Source: a virus
Taxonomy: Duplodnaviria; Caudoviricetes
Strand: one strand, 5' to 3'
Virus record (IMG/VR): IMGVR_UViG_3300018481_000021
Location: 1,331-65,330 of that record
Length of the DNA: 64,000 bases
Both the position numbers and the translations under genes were made by a program. Positions 9,102-19,719 of this stretch are shown here, piece after piece. Under the pieces are notes generated by a model. That model was not told the DNA's origin and ran no database searches. It saw nothing but the letters and a program-made list of their open reading frames with translations. How positions within the stretch are numbered: position 1 is the stretch's first letter; every line of letters starts with the position of its first letter.

Positions 9102-12100
9102 TCAGTACCTCGCCTCGATTTCTCTGAGCATACGTAACTGTGCTTTGTTACGCACTGCTACGCCATACTCGCCTACCAGATACTCTTCTTTGCGGTCGCG
9201 GCGTACTGACGCCTTGACACTTTCCTTAGTAATTTTATAGCCAGGGTATTTCTTGTTGAATGCAGACATAGCCTGTATAGCTACACGACGTGCGTCCTTG
9301 TCACGATTTTCTATAGCATCCTTAAAGTCAGCAATTAGCTTACTCTTTTCGGTCTTAGCATTGTCATCAGCAACAAAGAAAGCCCGGCGCGCAGATTTCT
9401 TAGAGGCAATTTCAGGTGGATCAAAACCAAGTCCACGACGTATGATATCAGCGTAGCCGATTTCTTTTGGCCCCATATACTCATTGCCACGAATATCTAC
9501 TAACCCGCGATTGGCATAATTCAAAGCTCGGATCGTATCGTTGATGCCGAATGCTTTCGGGGTCATTTGCTCGGCTGCTGTAGCGTAATTGCCTTCGCCC
9601 ATGGCCTTTGCTGCCTTGGTCATTTGCTCGATAAGACTACCCGGCGCACCGAGAACAACCTCACCAACCAAAGTATCCAAGGTTGTTCCGACACTGGCTG
9701 GGCCAGTAGCAGTTTTCTTGATAGTCTGCCATGGCACCAATGACGGGAGCGCCATCCGGCTAGCGTCAACTACATTACCCGCATACAGCGGACCCTTCAA
9801 CAATAACTCGGTTAGTGGTTGCCAATCTTCATCAATCCATTCTTGCATCGCTTTACGCAATGCCTGTTCAGGATCATCTTCGTCACTTAACCCCCACGTC
9901 AATGCCATTGCAACCACATAAAATGGATCAAGTGTGGTCCAACCCAGCATACCCGCACCAATGAATGTCGTTGCCAGTATACCAGCAACAAATTTACGCG
10001 CTATCTTACGCTCCTGCGGCGTCTTGGCCTTCATTGATTTAACCAGATTATGCATAATCGAGTAGAGCATGCGCTGCGGATAAGTTTTAAATACCGTGGC
10101 GAAGCGAAGATATTCATGTTGAAAGGCAGCAGGGCGATCTGCAGCAGAGTAATTCCACTGCGATTGATCGATATCACGGGCAGCCAAATCCAACAACTGT
10201 TGTTGGATGGCCTCGGCCTTATTAGTAATGGCTGGATCGGCCATTACACCTTGGGTAACAGTATCTTTATTCAAGCGATAGCTGGACAAGCCCATGACCA
10301 TGCGGTTCATGGTCTCGCTGGCTTGCGGCATGATAAAGGCTGCATCCATCATGTACTGCGTCGCCATCCATTTGGTGGATGACCGATTGGAGATCGACTG
10401 AATGTCGGCGACTAGACCAAAATCAATCTTTTTGCGTAAGGCTAACGCCTTAATGTGATCTTTTTCACCTGGATCAGTCAAGTAGTCGGCAGCCTGCTCG
10501 AACATAGGCAGACTAGGATTGCGAATTTCGGGGGTAAAACCTTTGCGCGACAAACCAACTTTAAGCGTACGTGGTACGCCCAATGCCGCTCGGCCCACTT
10601 CGCGACCAGTCTCAAAAGCAATGGGCTTAAATAGATCAGTGTATGCCTTAGTAATAGTGACGGCGCTACGGGCAAAGCCATGCTTAGAACCCAGCAAAGG
10701 AAAACCAACCTGCCATACCTGCATTGCATTAATCAGCGTCGTACCTGGTCCGGTCAACAGCCAAGCTGCCGTGAGCTGCGGGATAGTCCGCCACATCGAC
10801 AAGAAAGCACCGTCTTGTTGCAGTGCATCCTTGGCAGCAAGACGATCATAGGCAGCGTCAGCGCGTTTCAAATGATTTTGAATTTTCTGCAAATCCTCAG
10901 CCTGATCATACTGACCAGCAGCCTGCATAGCCTTACCAGCAACATCCATGTCGTGGCCGATAGCCGACGCCAGCTTAGCCCCATACATCATCTGACCTGA
11001 GAAGTAGGCAGCGCCATTGACGTAGGTGGCATAGACGTGCATCATGTCGCGCGATGCACCAGCGATTTTTCGAGCCCGCATTTGGCTCTTACGAACTGAG
11101 CCTTCTGGCAACTTGTCAAGATAGTATGTCATAATCCGATCTGAAACGTGCTCCCCGGCTCCAGCGCCGAGCATCTTAGTAACGTCATCCTTAATAGATA
11201 CCCGCAAAGCTTCGACGTTGGCTGACTGCAAAGCCGCTGCTTGGTAAACATCAGCTTGTTTCAAAGCTAATTTTTCTTTGTCGATAGTTAAACCACGCGT
11301 ATTCCAACCCGCTTTGTAATCAGCTAGTAAGTCGTCAGCATCCTGCCGGGTATCAACTGAACCAACTACAACGTTACGCATTTTGAGATAATAAGTCTGC
11401 AACGCCGCATCGTATTTCTCCTCAAGAATTTCGAGATCACCACCTTCATCAAGTTTGTTCTTCGCCATCATGGCGTCGTATTGTTTCTGTGTTACTCCCT
11501 GCATTACGCGTTCCGGGCTAGTCATATAAACGTAATAACTACCAACCCGGCGCAACGGTACATACGGCCCAGTTTCTTTGCCGAATGCTTTCTGTACTTC
11601 TAGTAGATCAGCCCTAACCCGCTTCGTTTTGATTGGGTTAAGCCCGAGAGTGTTGATAAAAGTATCCAACTCCGCAGCGGTAGGCATCCGATGGTATTTG
11701 ATTTCAATACCAGATGGTGCTGGTCCAGTGGCTGCATTACTTTGCACTGGCAAAGTAGTTATCATTCGTTCCAGTAGCTCAGCCGTAGCGTTGTCAAGCC
11801 GAGCGCGCAACCGCCAAATCATGATCTGTTGCATGTCGCGAACACGTTGAGCTGTGGAATTAAATGTTACTAACCGGTAAAAGTCTTGCTGCAATGGGCT
11901 TAGTGCGGCCCATTGCGAAGCTAGCTTATTGTAAAGTTGCGCTCCACCGGGTTGCTTGATACCTGCAAGATTAGCCGGATCATACATCTGCTTATCAGCG
12001 TGCAAACTCCAGTAGCGAGAATTGACCAGTACTTCATCCAACAATTCCGGGTTGGATGCTTGGTGATACGCCTGCTTACCGATACCAATGATACGCGATG

Positions 12101-15100
12101 CCAATGACCGTAAATTGGCGACATGGCCTTCACGCTCATCCAGTAAGCGGGTGTAGTTACCAATAGTCGGGCTAAGTTCACCAAAGCTTTGCTCGATCTG
12201 GCTTGGCCCCCGAAACTGCAAGGACCAAGCATTAACTCGGCCGCGTGCTCCTGCCGTAGCACCTTGCACAACAGTGTTACGTTGCGCGGCCCGATACCAA
12301 CTAGCCAAGCTGGCAACCGGTTGCGACAAACCAAGATTGTCAAGTTGAGTAAGTATTTCCTGCCGATTACCTTCTTGCAAAAATGTTCCATCAGGGATCA
12401 ATTCCAGTAAACTATTAAACAACCGATTGCTATTTGGATCAGACGGCATGCCGAAGGCCGTAGCCAGTCGCGACTTGAACCGCGACCAAATAGACCGGTT
12501 ATTCACAAACTCTGCTAAGCTTTCCGGCAGTGATGCTAACTTATCAGCAAAAGAAGTATTAGTAAGAGCCTCGGAAATAAACTCTTCAACGCTGCCGAAA
12601 CCGCGCATGGTCTGCGCTTCAGGCTGCCAACCCATTTCGGTCCAGGCATTGTTGGCCTTGCGCATCGTGTCTTCGAGTGACTTACGTAAACCAGTATTGC
12701 TACGAATCTTGTAGAGAGTGGCAGCATGCACCGCTTCGTGCAACACAATGTTGACGGTATCCTCGGCTTGCTCTAGGTCAATGAAGATGCGATCTGACTT
12801 AGGGTCATAAAGACCCTGGAAGCCACGGCTCAGCTTGCGATTCTCGACTACTATTTTTAGCGGTTGCTTGGTTGAGTTTGGAAACGCGCTGCGTAGTTTC
12901 TGGATCAGCTTGAACGCCCGGTTATCCTGCGAAGCCGAGAAACTATCCTGCAATCCAGCAAGAATAGTATCAACGCCACGCGGTCCATCCTTAAGCATGA
13001 ATGCCAACCGCTCGCGCGGTGTCATTTTGGGCAGAGCCTTCTTGCGCTTCGGCGTCTTGGCCAATAATGTCTGCTCAATTCCAGGCAATACCGGAGCCAG
13101 CGGGTCCGATCCAACAACAGTTGTTGGATCGGACCCTTGCGCGGCCATGGCGAGCAACTGCTGTCGGTCGGTATCAGTTGCCACCGTGGATGGTGCAGAG
13201 GTAACACCTCCAGATTGCGGTTGTGGTGCTTTAGGGGTGAAAAGTTGCACCGCCACCGAAGGACTAGGTGGCGGTGCAACAATGGCCGGCCCTTGCGTCG
13301 CGGGAGCCGGTTGCGCCGCAGATTGGACGGGAGGCTGTGCAACCTGCGGCATCTCGGGAAGTAAGGCAGCTTGGGCCGTAGTCGGCCCAGCCATAGCTAC
13401 ATTCGGATCAGCTTGCGGAGTTGTCTGCACCTTAGCCGATGTGCGCGCGCGAATAGCCGCGACTTCTGCCGATCCGGCGTTCCTGACCACCTGCGGCTGA
13501 GCTGGAAAACTAGCTGGTTCCGCCGTAGTTATAGTTTGTCCTGGTCCGGTTGTAGCCGCTTGCCGCTTACTCCAACGGGTCAAGGCTGCTGCGCGTGCCT
13601 GTTGACTACGCTTAACTGATTCATTAATTTTCGCTAACAGTGGTGGTTCTTCGGTGTCCGGGCCGAATGCTTCATCCAATTCCTTATCGATTTCTTGTTC
13701 TACAAGCTGCTTGATCACGTTTGGATCAGTGGGTCCAATCTCCTCAAATCCAGGCAATGGTTGCTCCATCATCTTATCAGATGCGCTAGCCCGCTTCTTC
13801 TGATAAGCCTCACGCTGAGCTACAGCAAAATCATAAGCTCGTTTTGCTGTTTTGAACGCCGCGACAGCCTTGGCCTTATTACCGCGAGTACTCTCAATTC
13901 GTTTACGCGCACGGTCTAGTTCTCTTTCGTGTGCAGTAACAGTATTGTCCAATTCACTAGCGTACTCATTGAATGCTTGACCACCAACCGCAAGTTCAGC
14001 TTCACCAGATGGTGATAGGCCACTCTGCATTGATTCAGTCGGCGGCACGTTGATTTGCGTACCACGCCCAACGGCTGCCGGTCCTGGTGGTGTAGGCGCA
14101 GGCAATCCTAGTTGCTGTTGCGGAGCTGGCAAGGCCAACATCGGTTGCGGCGCAGCTTGTTCTGCTGCTAACCGATCACGCTCCGCATTAATCGCTTGCT
14201 GCTCGGCCTGATCCGCGCGTACCTTGTCTTGCTGTCTCTGCTTCAACCGGCGTGCGCCAGGAGCCGACAAAGCTACACCAAGTGGACCACCAATTGCTGC
14301 GCCACCTACCGCAGCTTCAGCGATGTTACCAGCATCGAAGTCGAGCCCGACAGTTTTCTTGCCAACTTCAGTACCGAATGCACCAGAACTTTCTTCGATT
14401 GATTCTGCACCAGCAGAAAGAGCACCGCGCTTGCCTATACTTGACGCACGTCCTTTCAAGCCAGTCCCGGCTGGAACTACACCACCTAATATTTTACTGG
14501 TCAACCGGCCAGTAATTGCGCCACCCACAGCCGCAATGCCTGCTGCTGTTTGCATAGCCTGTAAGCGTTGCTCGTCAGTCAGGCCAGCTTGTTCTGCTGC
14601 TTGACCGGCACCAGCAGCAGCTTCGCCAGCGGTAAATCCAGCACCAGCAGCCGCGTAGCCCGCTTCTCTACCTGTTTTCTTTACAGTTGCACCAAGCGCT
14701 GCACGGGCACCGCGAATACCCAATGCCGCAATCTCACCAACTCCGGCTGTACCTAAAAAATATGGCGCATTACTGGCGATGCCGTGTACCCACGAACGCC
14801 AATCAGCCCCAGCCCCTTCCTTGCTAAAATCAATCCACGAACGGTTAACGGCTTCCTGCCATTCTTTAGTTGTTTTCTTCAACAATTCCTGCGTTGCATT
14901 CGTGCCCGCTTCGCGCCAACCCTTGCCGGTTTCGGGGAATGCCAATTCAGTCAAGGCACCCACCGCCTCGACGCCACTAGTTACGCCCATACCAGCAGAA
15001 ACAAACGTATTCCAGGCGTTGTCCCAAACTGTGTCGGCATCAGTTGGTGCTGCGGGGGCAGTCTTTTCGTGTCGAACAATCTTACCATCAGGTTGTCGAG

Positions 15101-15287
15101 TGGCACGACCTTCCCAAAGATCACCAAGAGTAGTAATCGGCAACCGTGGGATAGTTGCCTGTGCTTGCGGCGGACCACCTTCTTCATCCAACATTGATTG
15201 TTGGATAGGCGTATCCAACGCTTGCTGAGGCGGCGGCCGCCCAGGCCACGTAGCCCGCCCAGCCCAAATGTCGCCAAGAGTGGGCAT
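9102..15287 (-). CDS. giant internal virion / DNA-ejection (polyvalent-type) protein, 2061 aa
   Basis: Last gene of the podovirus structural module; zincin-like VLHEAVH motif, YVPLRRVG (PLxRFG-like) motif, C-terminal hydrophobic segments. Confidence 0.75.
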   Translation of the reverse strand: MPTLGDIWAGRATWPGRPPPQQALDTPIQQSMLDEEGGPPQAQATIPRLPITTLGDLWEGRATRQPDGKIVRHEKTAPAAPTDADTVWDNAWNTFVSAGMGVTSGVEAVGALTELAFPETGKGWREAGTNATQELLKKTTKEWQEAVNRSWIDFSKEGAGADWRSWVHGIASNAPYFLGTAGVGEIAALGIRGARAALGATVKKTGREAGYAAAGAGFTAGEAAAGAGQAAEQAGLTDEQRLQAMQTAAGIAAVGGAITGRLTSKILGGVVPAGTGLKGRASSIGKRGALSAGAESIEESSGAFGTEVGKKTVGLDFDAGNIAEAAVGGAAIGGPLGVALSAPGARRLKQRQQDKVRADQAEQQAINAERDRLAAEQAAPQPMLALPAPQQQLGLPAPTPPGPAAVGRGTQINVPPTESMQSGLSPSGEAELAVGGQAFNEYASELDNTVTAHERELDRARKRIESTRGNKAKAVAAFKTAKRAYDFAVAQREAYQKKRASASDKMMEQPLPGFEEIGPTDPNVIKQLVEQEIDKELDEAFGPDTEEPPLLAKINESVKRSQQARAAALTRWSKRQAATTGPGQTITTAEPASFPAQPQVVRNAGSAEVAAIRARTSAKVQTTPQADPNVAMAGPTTAQAALLPEMPQVAQPPVQSAAQPAPATQGPAIVAPPPSPSVAVQLFTPKAPQPQSGGVTSAPSTVATDTDRQQLLAMAAQGSDPTTVVGSDPLAPVLPGIEQTLLAKTPKRKKALPKMTPRERLAFMLKDGPRGVDTILAGLQDSFSASQDNRAFKLIQKLRSAFPNSTKQPLKIVVENRKLSRGFQGLYDPKSDRIFIDLEQAEDTVNIVLHEAVHAATLYKIRSNTGLRKSLEDTMRKANNAWTEMGWQPEAQTMRGFGSVEEFISEALTNTSFADKLASLPESLAEFVNNRSIWSRFKSRLATAFGMPSDPNSNRLFNSLLELIPDGTFLQEGNRQEILTQLDNLGLSQPVASLASWYRAAQRNTVVQGATAGARGRVNAWSLQFRGPSQIEQSFGELSPTIGNYTRLLDEREGHVANLRSLASRIIGIGKQAYHQASNPELLDEVLVNSRYWSLHADKQMYDPANLAGIKQPGGAQLYNKLASQWAALSPLQQDFYRLVTFNSTAQRVRDMQQIMIWRLRARLDNATAELLERMITTLPVQSNAATGPAPSGIEIKYHRMPTAAELDTFINTLGLNPIKTKRVRADLLEVQKAFGKETGPYVPLRRVGSYYVYMTSPERVMQGVTQKQYDAMMAKNKLDEGGDLEILEEKYDAALQTYYLKMRNVVVGSVDTRQDADDLLADYKAGWNTRGLTIDKEKLALKQADVYQAAALQSANVEALRVSIKDDVTKMLGAGAGEHVSDRIMTYYLDKLPEGSVRKSQMRARKIAGASRDMMHVYATYVNGAAYFSGQMMYGAKLASAIGHDMDVAGKAMQAAGQYDQAEDLQKIQNHLKRADAAYDRLAAKDALQQDGAFLSMWRTIPQLTAAWLLTGPGTTLINAMQVWQVGFPLLGSKHGFARSAVTITKAYTDLFKPIAFETGREVGRAALGVPRTLKVGLSRKGFTPEIRNPSLPMFEQAADYLTDPGEKDHIKALALRKKIDFGLVADIQSISNRSSTKWMATQYMMDAAFIMPQASETMNRMVMGLSSYRLNKDTVTQGVMADPAITNKAEAIQQQLLDLAARDIDQSQWNYSAADRPAAFQHEYLRFATVFKTYPQRMLYSIMHNLVKSMKAKTPQERKIARKFVAGILATTFIGAGMLGWTTLDPFYVVAMALTWGLSDEDDPEQALRKAMQEWIDEDWQPLTELLLKGPLYAGNVVDASRMALPSLVPWQTIKKTATGPASVGTTLDTLVGEVVLGAPGSLIEQMTKAAKAMGEGNYATAAEQMTPKAFGINDTIRALNYANRGLVDIRGNEYMGPKEIGYADIIRRGLGFDPPEIASKKSARRAFFVADDNAKTEKSKLIADFKDAIENRDKDARRVAIQAMSAFNKKYPGYKITKESVKASVRRDRKEEYLVGEYGVAVRNKAQLRMLREIEARY

Positions 15288-16462
15288 TACTCTTCTTCCA
15301 ACGTCGGAGGCTTAAGCATCTGTAAGTAGTTAGCAATTTCGTCGGTAAGCGGTAATTGTGTACCATCGGGAAGTTGTATCAGTGTACCATCTTCATTTGT
15401 CGTAGCCTGCGCCAACTCTTCCGGTTTGGTACGAGCAATACGGTCAGCAAGATAAAACGCGTTCTTACCAAGCCCCGGCACCGCCTGTTGCAACGCCGTG
15501 CTAAAGCCAGCACGTGTAGCTTCATCAGTTATAAAGGGATTAGACGGCAACGGAGTACCAAATTCATCAGTTGGCGCATCGCCGGTCAACCCCATTGCCA
15601 GTTCTTCCATTGTCGGTTCTGGCTTTCGCGGTGCCACGCCGATATTGGCAGTGCGCTTTGCCGTTTCTGCCGCAGTTAATCCCTGTTGTGCCACTTGACC
15701 CGGCAACAATGCTCTACGCTCAGCAGCTAATGCACTAGCCGCTGCGGCCGTGGCTCCAGATGCACCGGCTGATGCTTGCGATGCCTGCGCTTGAGCTGTT
15801 AATTGCTGCTGTTTGAATGGCCTTAATGCCTGCTCGCTCTCAGTTTGTGCTTGATACCGGCGAGCTTGCGCCATGCCCGTAGCTTCTTTAATACCCAATT
15901 CACTACGCGCAATTTCCATTTTACCAGTTGCTTCCGGTCCAAGCGCGTAAGCTTCGACCCCGCTCAAAATATCGTAGCCCAATTCGTCCATGTCCGTATA
16001 ATCTTTGGCCGATGGTTTACCACCGACATTGGTCAATAACCGCACACCTTGCGGCGTGCGCTGTATGTCATACTTCGTACCAGTACCTACCAACGCATGA
16101 TACTTATTGATCAGCGGCACCGCTGCCATAGGATCAGTCTTAGCAACAGCAAAAGCATTCATCAAAGTTCGGTCCCCCTCGAACTTGGTCAGTTGCTGTG
16201 CGTTGCTGTTCCATTTATCATAATTATCAAAATCGCTATTCTTGAGAAATATTTGAGCACCAGCCTTGGTAGCTGCAATCGGGTCAGTTTTGAACTGGCC
16301 AGATTCGACCAACTGCGCAATTTCTTGCTCAGCCCGTTGACGCCGCTGACGCAACTGGCCCTGTTCTTGGACTTGTTGAACTTGGGAATACAGGTCGAGC
16401 CCTTGTTGGCTACCGCCGGTAAACCCTTGACCAAACTGACCGATAGCGTCGAGCACGCCCAC
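15287..16462 (-). CDS. internal virion protein
   Basis: GTG start with GGAGG RBS; Gln/Ala-rich helical protein next to the ejection protein. Confidence 0.65.
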   Translation of the reverse strand: MGVLDAIGQFGQGFTGGSQQGLDLYSQVQQVQEQGQLRQRRQRAEQEIAQLVESGQFKTDPIAATKAGAQIFLKNSDFDNYDKWNSNAQQLTKFEGDRTLMNAFAVAKTDPMAAVPLINKYHALVGTGTKYDIQRTPQGVRLLTNVGGKPSAKDYTDMDELGYDILSGVEAYALGPEATGKMEIARSELGIKEATGMAQARRYQAQTESEQALRPFKQQQLTAQAQASQASAGASGATAAAASALAAERRALLPGQVAQQGLTAAETAKRTANIGVAPRKPEPTMEELAMGLTGDAPTDEFGTPLPSNPFITDEATRAGFSTALQQAVPGLGKNAFYLADRIARTKPEELAQATTNEDGTLIQLPDGTQLPLTDEIANYLQMLKPPTLEEE

Positions 16463-16463
16463 G

Positions 16464-17387
16464 TCACACTCCTCCGAACATACCCGTTTGCGGGTTGTAA
16501 GCACGTCCTGGCCCACCCGCAAATCCACCAGCAGTACCGCCTAGCTGACCACCTAATTGAGCACCTAATTGAGCACCGGCAACGCTACCTGCTGGACCTA
16601 GATAAGCACCTAGCCCAACACCAGCCAACGTGCCAGCCGTAGCCCCAAGCCCGGCCCACGGACTACCCTCACCACCCTGCGCGGCTTTAAATTGAGATTC
16701 TTGCACCTTAGCATTAAACGAAGCATCAATCAAGTCTTTTCTCGCGCCAAGGTTCTGACCCGGCGTGCCAAAAATATTGGCAAAGTTGGTAGCCGTTTGA
16801 TTACCTAGCCCAACAGTCGAAGAACCTAGACCCGAACCGACTTGGGCAGCTTGCAACGCGCCTTGCTGAATATTTGAACCAACTCCAAGCGCATCGCGGG
16901 CATACTGTTGACCGCGTTCCTCGACATCCTGACCGGCTTCCTTACCAGCCCGAACTTGTTCCAGCGCAGTCTGCAAACGCACGTTTTGATCCAAGGCCGC
17001 GCCACGCGTCATGCTCGGATCAATGCCGTAACTTTCCAAACGGGCAATGGCAGATTGCCGCGAAGCCTCGCCAGCCGCACCCACGTCGGCCATGGCCTTT
17101 TGGGTTTCGAGCTGGCGACGCTCCGGGGTATCATATTCACGAGCCTTCTGCATATACTCACGGGCAGCGGGGATGTATTCTTCCTCGGCTAAGTCTTGCA
17201 TACCTTGCGCTTGGCGGAATACTCCGCGCATAGCTGGTACAGTTTCATTAATCAAACTATCCAAAGATGTATTGACAGTATTTTCATAATCCTGCAACAC
17301 AGGCATGCGTTGCCGGTACAAGTCCTGGAACCGCTTACCAAGCCGGTCGTATTTCTTACGCCAGTCTTCGCTGTCAAGAGTAGCCAT
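16464..17387 (-). CDS. internal virion/pilot protein
   Basis: Helical Gln/Ala-rich protein with Gly-rich hydrophobic C-terminus. Confidence 0.65.
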   Translation of the reverse strand: MATLDSEDWRKKYDRLGKRFQDLYRQRMPVLQDYENTVNTSLDSLINETVPAMRGVFRQAQGMQDLAEEEYIPAAREYMQKAREYDTPERRQLETQKAMADVGAAGEASRQSAIARLESYGIDPSMTRGAALDQNVRLQTALEQVRAGKEAGQDVEERGQQYARDALGVGSNIQQGALQAAQVGSGLGSSTVGLGNQTATNFANIFGTPGQNLGARKDLIDASFNAKVQESQFKAAQGGEGSPWAGLGATAGTLAGVGLGAYLGPAGSVAGAQLGAQLGGQLGGTAGGFAGGPGRAYNPQTGMFGGV

Positions 17388-17429
17388 CGTTCTCTTCCTG
17401 CTTATCCAACAACTGTTGTTGGATACGCA

Positions 17430-19694
17430 TCACGGTCCCTCTAAAGCTTTCAAACGACGTTCCAACTCAGCCATCTTTGTGGGACTTGGAACAGCTAGTG
17501 TACCATCCCCACGCTGGTTTGTCAATAGCTCTACTGCTTCCCATAAAGCTCGAACAGTCGGGGCAAGACTACGATCATCAACAATCGCTGGAATACCTGG
17601 ATAACGTGTAGTTTTAACATGCGTCGGAACTATCGTACCAACATTAGGGGGCAACGGCTCAATAAATATAGTTCCGGTTCCACTACCAAGCAATTTATTG
17701 ATAACGCCGGCACCAACACCTGGCTGTATACTAATAACATTGCCAACACCAATTCCAACTAGCGAAGCTCGTATACCAAGCCCGACGCCAATAATAATTT
17801 CATTACCAGTAGCACTACCGATTAATTGCCGTAGCGCACCTGCGCCAGTACCAATAAACACTGGCGCACCAAGTGCAGCCCCAGTAAGAGACCGCATGGT
17901 GCCGATGCCAGCACCGGTATATAATCCACTACCAGTACCTATACCTGTCAATGATGGAATAACAGCAATACTAATACCATTGATTAGTTCGGTACCAATG
18001 GCCGAACCAATTAGTGCATTGTAAATACCAGCACCGGCACCTGTAATAGCTACAGAACCAATGGCGTTACCACCCAATTGATTAATAACGCCGGCGGCAT
18101 TACCTATAAAGGCATGCACACCAACTGCGCTACCGATCAATTGATTGGTAATACCAGTACTATTACCAATTATAATCTCTGAACCGATAGCACTACCGCT
18201 CAATTGGCTAATAACACCAGCACCGCTAGCAATATATAATCCGGCACCCGTTGCAGTGCCAGTTAGTTGACTAACAACGCCAACACCACTACCAGTTATA
18301 ACCTCAGAACCGATGGCGTTACCTGTTAATTGATTAATAATACCTACAAAATCACCAGTAATAGCAACCGCAATTACAGAACCAATTGCCTCACCAACTA
18401 ATTGGTTAATAACAGCATCGCTAGCACCAGAAATTATTTCAACACCAGACGCCTCTCCAACCAAGGCTGGAATATTAGCAATACCAAGACCATTAATTAC
18501 TTGGGAACCAATTCCGGCACCAGTCAATTGGTTAATAGCACCAACACCAATACCAACCGGGCCAGTATCGCCGATTCCAACGCCAGTCAACTGGGCGCAA
18601 TCGCCAGCACCCGCGCCTACAAATATTTCTAAACCAGTAACCGTTCCAATTAATTGTGCTGTTGAGCCGACGCCAATGCCAGAAATTGAGGCAACACCAG
18701 ATTGAATTTCAAGCAGTAAAGGTTCACCGCTTTCAAGTAATAATTGATTACCGTTTTCCAATAAATAATCAGATACTTCTCCAACTTCGGCACCCGCATC
18801 ACCAAATGCAGTACCTACTAAGCTATTAATAGTACCCGCGCCAACACCAATAATAATCTGAGTACCCGCAGCTACGCCGCTTATACTATTTATTAAACCA
18901 GCACCATTGCCAACAAAAACTTCCGTACCGTTAGCAGCGCCAATTATTTTATTTATTGCACCCGCGCTAGTGCCAATCGGATTTTCAATATGGCTACCAG
19001 TTGCAACACCAGTAATCGACGCAATTACACCGCTACCCGATCCAGTATAATCCGCAACCGCTTCAGCCCATTCAATTAATGTTGCAGAACTTTGAGTACA
19101 AGTAGTAGCCCACGTCGCGTTGACTACTGCATCATTGGCATCATAATAAGATGCATAACGATGATTCGATGCAACCGTAGAAGACTGAATTTGAATATAG
19201 TTAGCTGGAACAGGTACACCAGCTCCAGCCGTACCTCGTCCTGCAAAAAAAGCCATCACCGTACTGGTGGCAGCCGGTACATTAGGTAATACTGGTGCTG
19301 GATCACCAGCAGTACTCGTACCGGTTGCAATATTAGTCGGCGCTTCGCCAGCACCAGTAATTTGAAAAACGCTAAGTGAAGCTGAATCAATAACGATACC
19401 AATATTCCACGTCACCGTCATATTTATAGGTGGCGTACTACCAATCTTCCGACGATAAGTTAGCTGGCGTAAGCTAGGACCAGTACCAGAAATAGCATTC
19501 GCAACTAAAGACCACGTACCCCCCGCATTATCGGTTGGCACACTACCGGTAGGCACTGAAATAGTGTTGGATTTACCGACAAGATGTACAACAAGAGAAG
19601 CATTGGCCGTAGGTGTAAACGCCGTAGCATTCGTAATACTGGACGCACCAGTATTATTGCTAGAAGCAAGTAACGCAGGTACACCGACAGCCAT
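17430..19694 (-). CDS. Gly-rich repetitive fibre/virion protein
   Basis: Many ~22-aa repeats of type G.G.G.I.QL.G.A.G; YLLENG..LLLE motif. Confidence 0.65.
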   Translation of the reverse strand: MAVGVPALLASSNNTGASSITNATAFTPTANASLVVHLVGKSNTISVPTGSVPTDNAGGTWSLVANAISGTGPSLRQLTYRRKIGSTPPINMTVTWNIGIVIDSASLSVFQITGAGEAPTNIATGTSTAGDPAPVLPNVPAATSTVMAFFAGRGTAGAGVPVPANYIQIQSSTVASNHRYASYYDANDAVVNATWATTCTQSSATLIEWAEAVADYTGSGSGVIASITGVATGSHIENPIGTSAGAINKIIGAANGTEVFVGNGAGLINSISGVAAGTQIIIGVGAGTINSLVGTAFGDAGAEVGEVSDYLLENGNQLLLESGEPLLLEIQSGVASISGIGVGSTAQLIGTVTGLEIFVGAGAGDCAQLTGVGIGDTGPVGIGVGAINQLTGAGIGSQVINGLGIANIPALVGEASGVEIISGASDAVINQLVGEAIGSVIAVAITGDFVGIINQLTGNAIGSEVITGSGVGVVSQLTGTATGAGLYIASGAGVISQLSGSAIGSEIIIGNSTGITNQLIGSAVGVHAFIGNAAGVINQLGGNAIGSVAITGAGAGIYNALIGSAIGTELINGISIAVIPSLTGIGTGSGLYTGAGIGTMRSLTGAALGAPVFIGTGAGALRQLIGSATGNEIIIGVGLGIRASLVGIGVGNVISIQPGVGAGVINKLLGSGTGTIFIEPLPPNVGTIVPTHVKTTRYPGIPAIVDDRSLAPTVRALWEAVELLTNQRGDGTLAVPSPTKMAELERRLKALEGP

Positions 19695-19719
19695 AGCTTA
19701 TGCCGCGCAGCACTTTTGA

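Noticed and set aside
13109-13129. Each half-site contains the MmeI sequence TCCRAC, so a library/adapter artefact was considered
   Set aside because: Spacers and flanks vary, ORFs stay in frame across copies, and degenerate copies follow coding constraints, all consistent with natural evolution.
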